Of a DNA stretch of 64,000 nucleotides, positions 63,881-64,000 are shown in pieces. Under the pieces are notes generated by a model, which saw only the letters and a list, made by a program, of their open reading frames with translations, was not told the origin of the DNA and ran no database searches. Source of the DNA: Macrostomum lignano. Its lineage: Eukaryota. The stretch lies in contig NIVC01003090.1 of NCBI GenBank assembly GCA_002269645.1, forward strand, positions 56,148 through 120,147. Direction: 5' to 3'. The position numbers were made by a program, and so were the translations under genes. Numbering within the stretch: position 1 is the first letter of the stretch; each line of letters begins with the position of its first letter.

Positions 63881-64000
63881 TACAAACCTTAGAGATTTTA
63901 TATATTTGGATTTGTAACTGTTTGTATAACTATATATCTTTTTCTTGAAGGACTCACTTCTTTGGCCATCAGTCTCAGTCTTTGAATCTGAGTCCAAATG

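Overview
Eukaryotic (metazoan) genomic DNA. GC-rich, poly-Ala/Gln/Pro-rich exons sit among about 30 different tandem arrays. The style resembles a free-living flatworm such as Macrostomum, but that is inference and cannot be shown from the sequence alone. Seven protein genes could be assembled by hand with GT-AG, phase-consistent introns: FoxD (+), a 4-exon RING-finger protein (+), an ankyrin-repeat protein (-), a 3-LIM/poly-Q protein (-), a 15-exon neprilysin/M13-like protein (-), gamma-tubulin (-) and a matrin/U1-type C2H2 zinc-finger poly-Q protein (-). Mobile DNA includes a 5'-truncated RNase H-bearing non-LTR element inside a (GATA)n microsatellite, a hAT-type MITE with an 8-bp TSD, a 3.4-kb CMC/EnSpm-like TIR element carrying a spliced ORF remnant, a decayed mariner, a tRNA/CORE-like SINE, CR1-like 3' ends and fossil hAT/LINE remnants. 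The most notable observation is the M13 gene: its ~899-codon frame is intact, but all zinc ligands and the catalytic Glu appear replaced (HEXXH -> TRMAA; ENxADxGG -> QAFSSSLG), which suggests a membrane-anchored pseudo-peptidase. Most long ORFs in the supplied track are artefacts of tandem repeats. No CRISPR array, rRNA or bona fide tRNA gene was seen.
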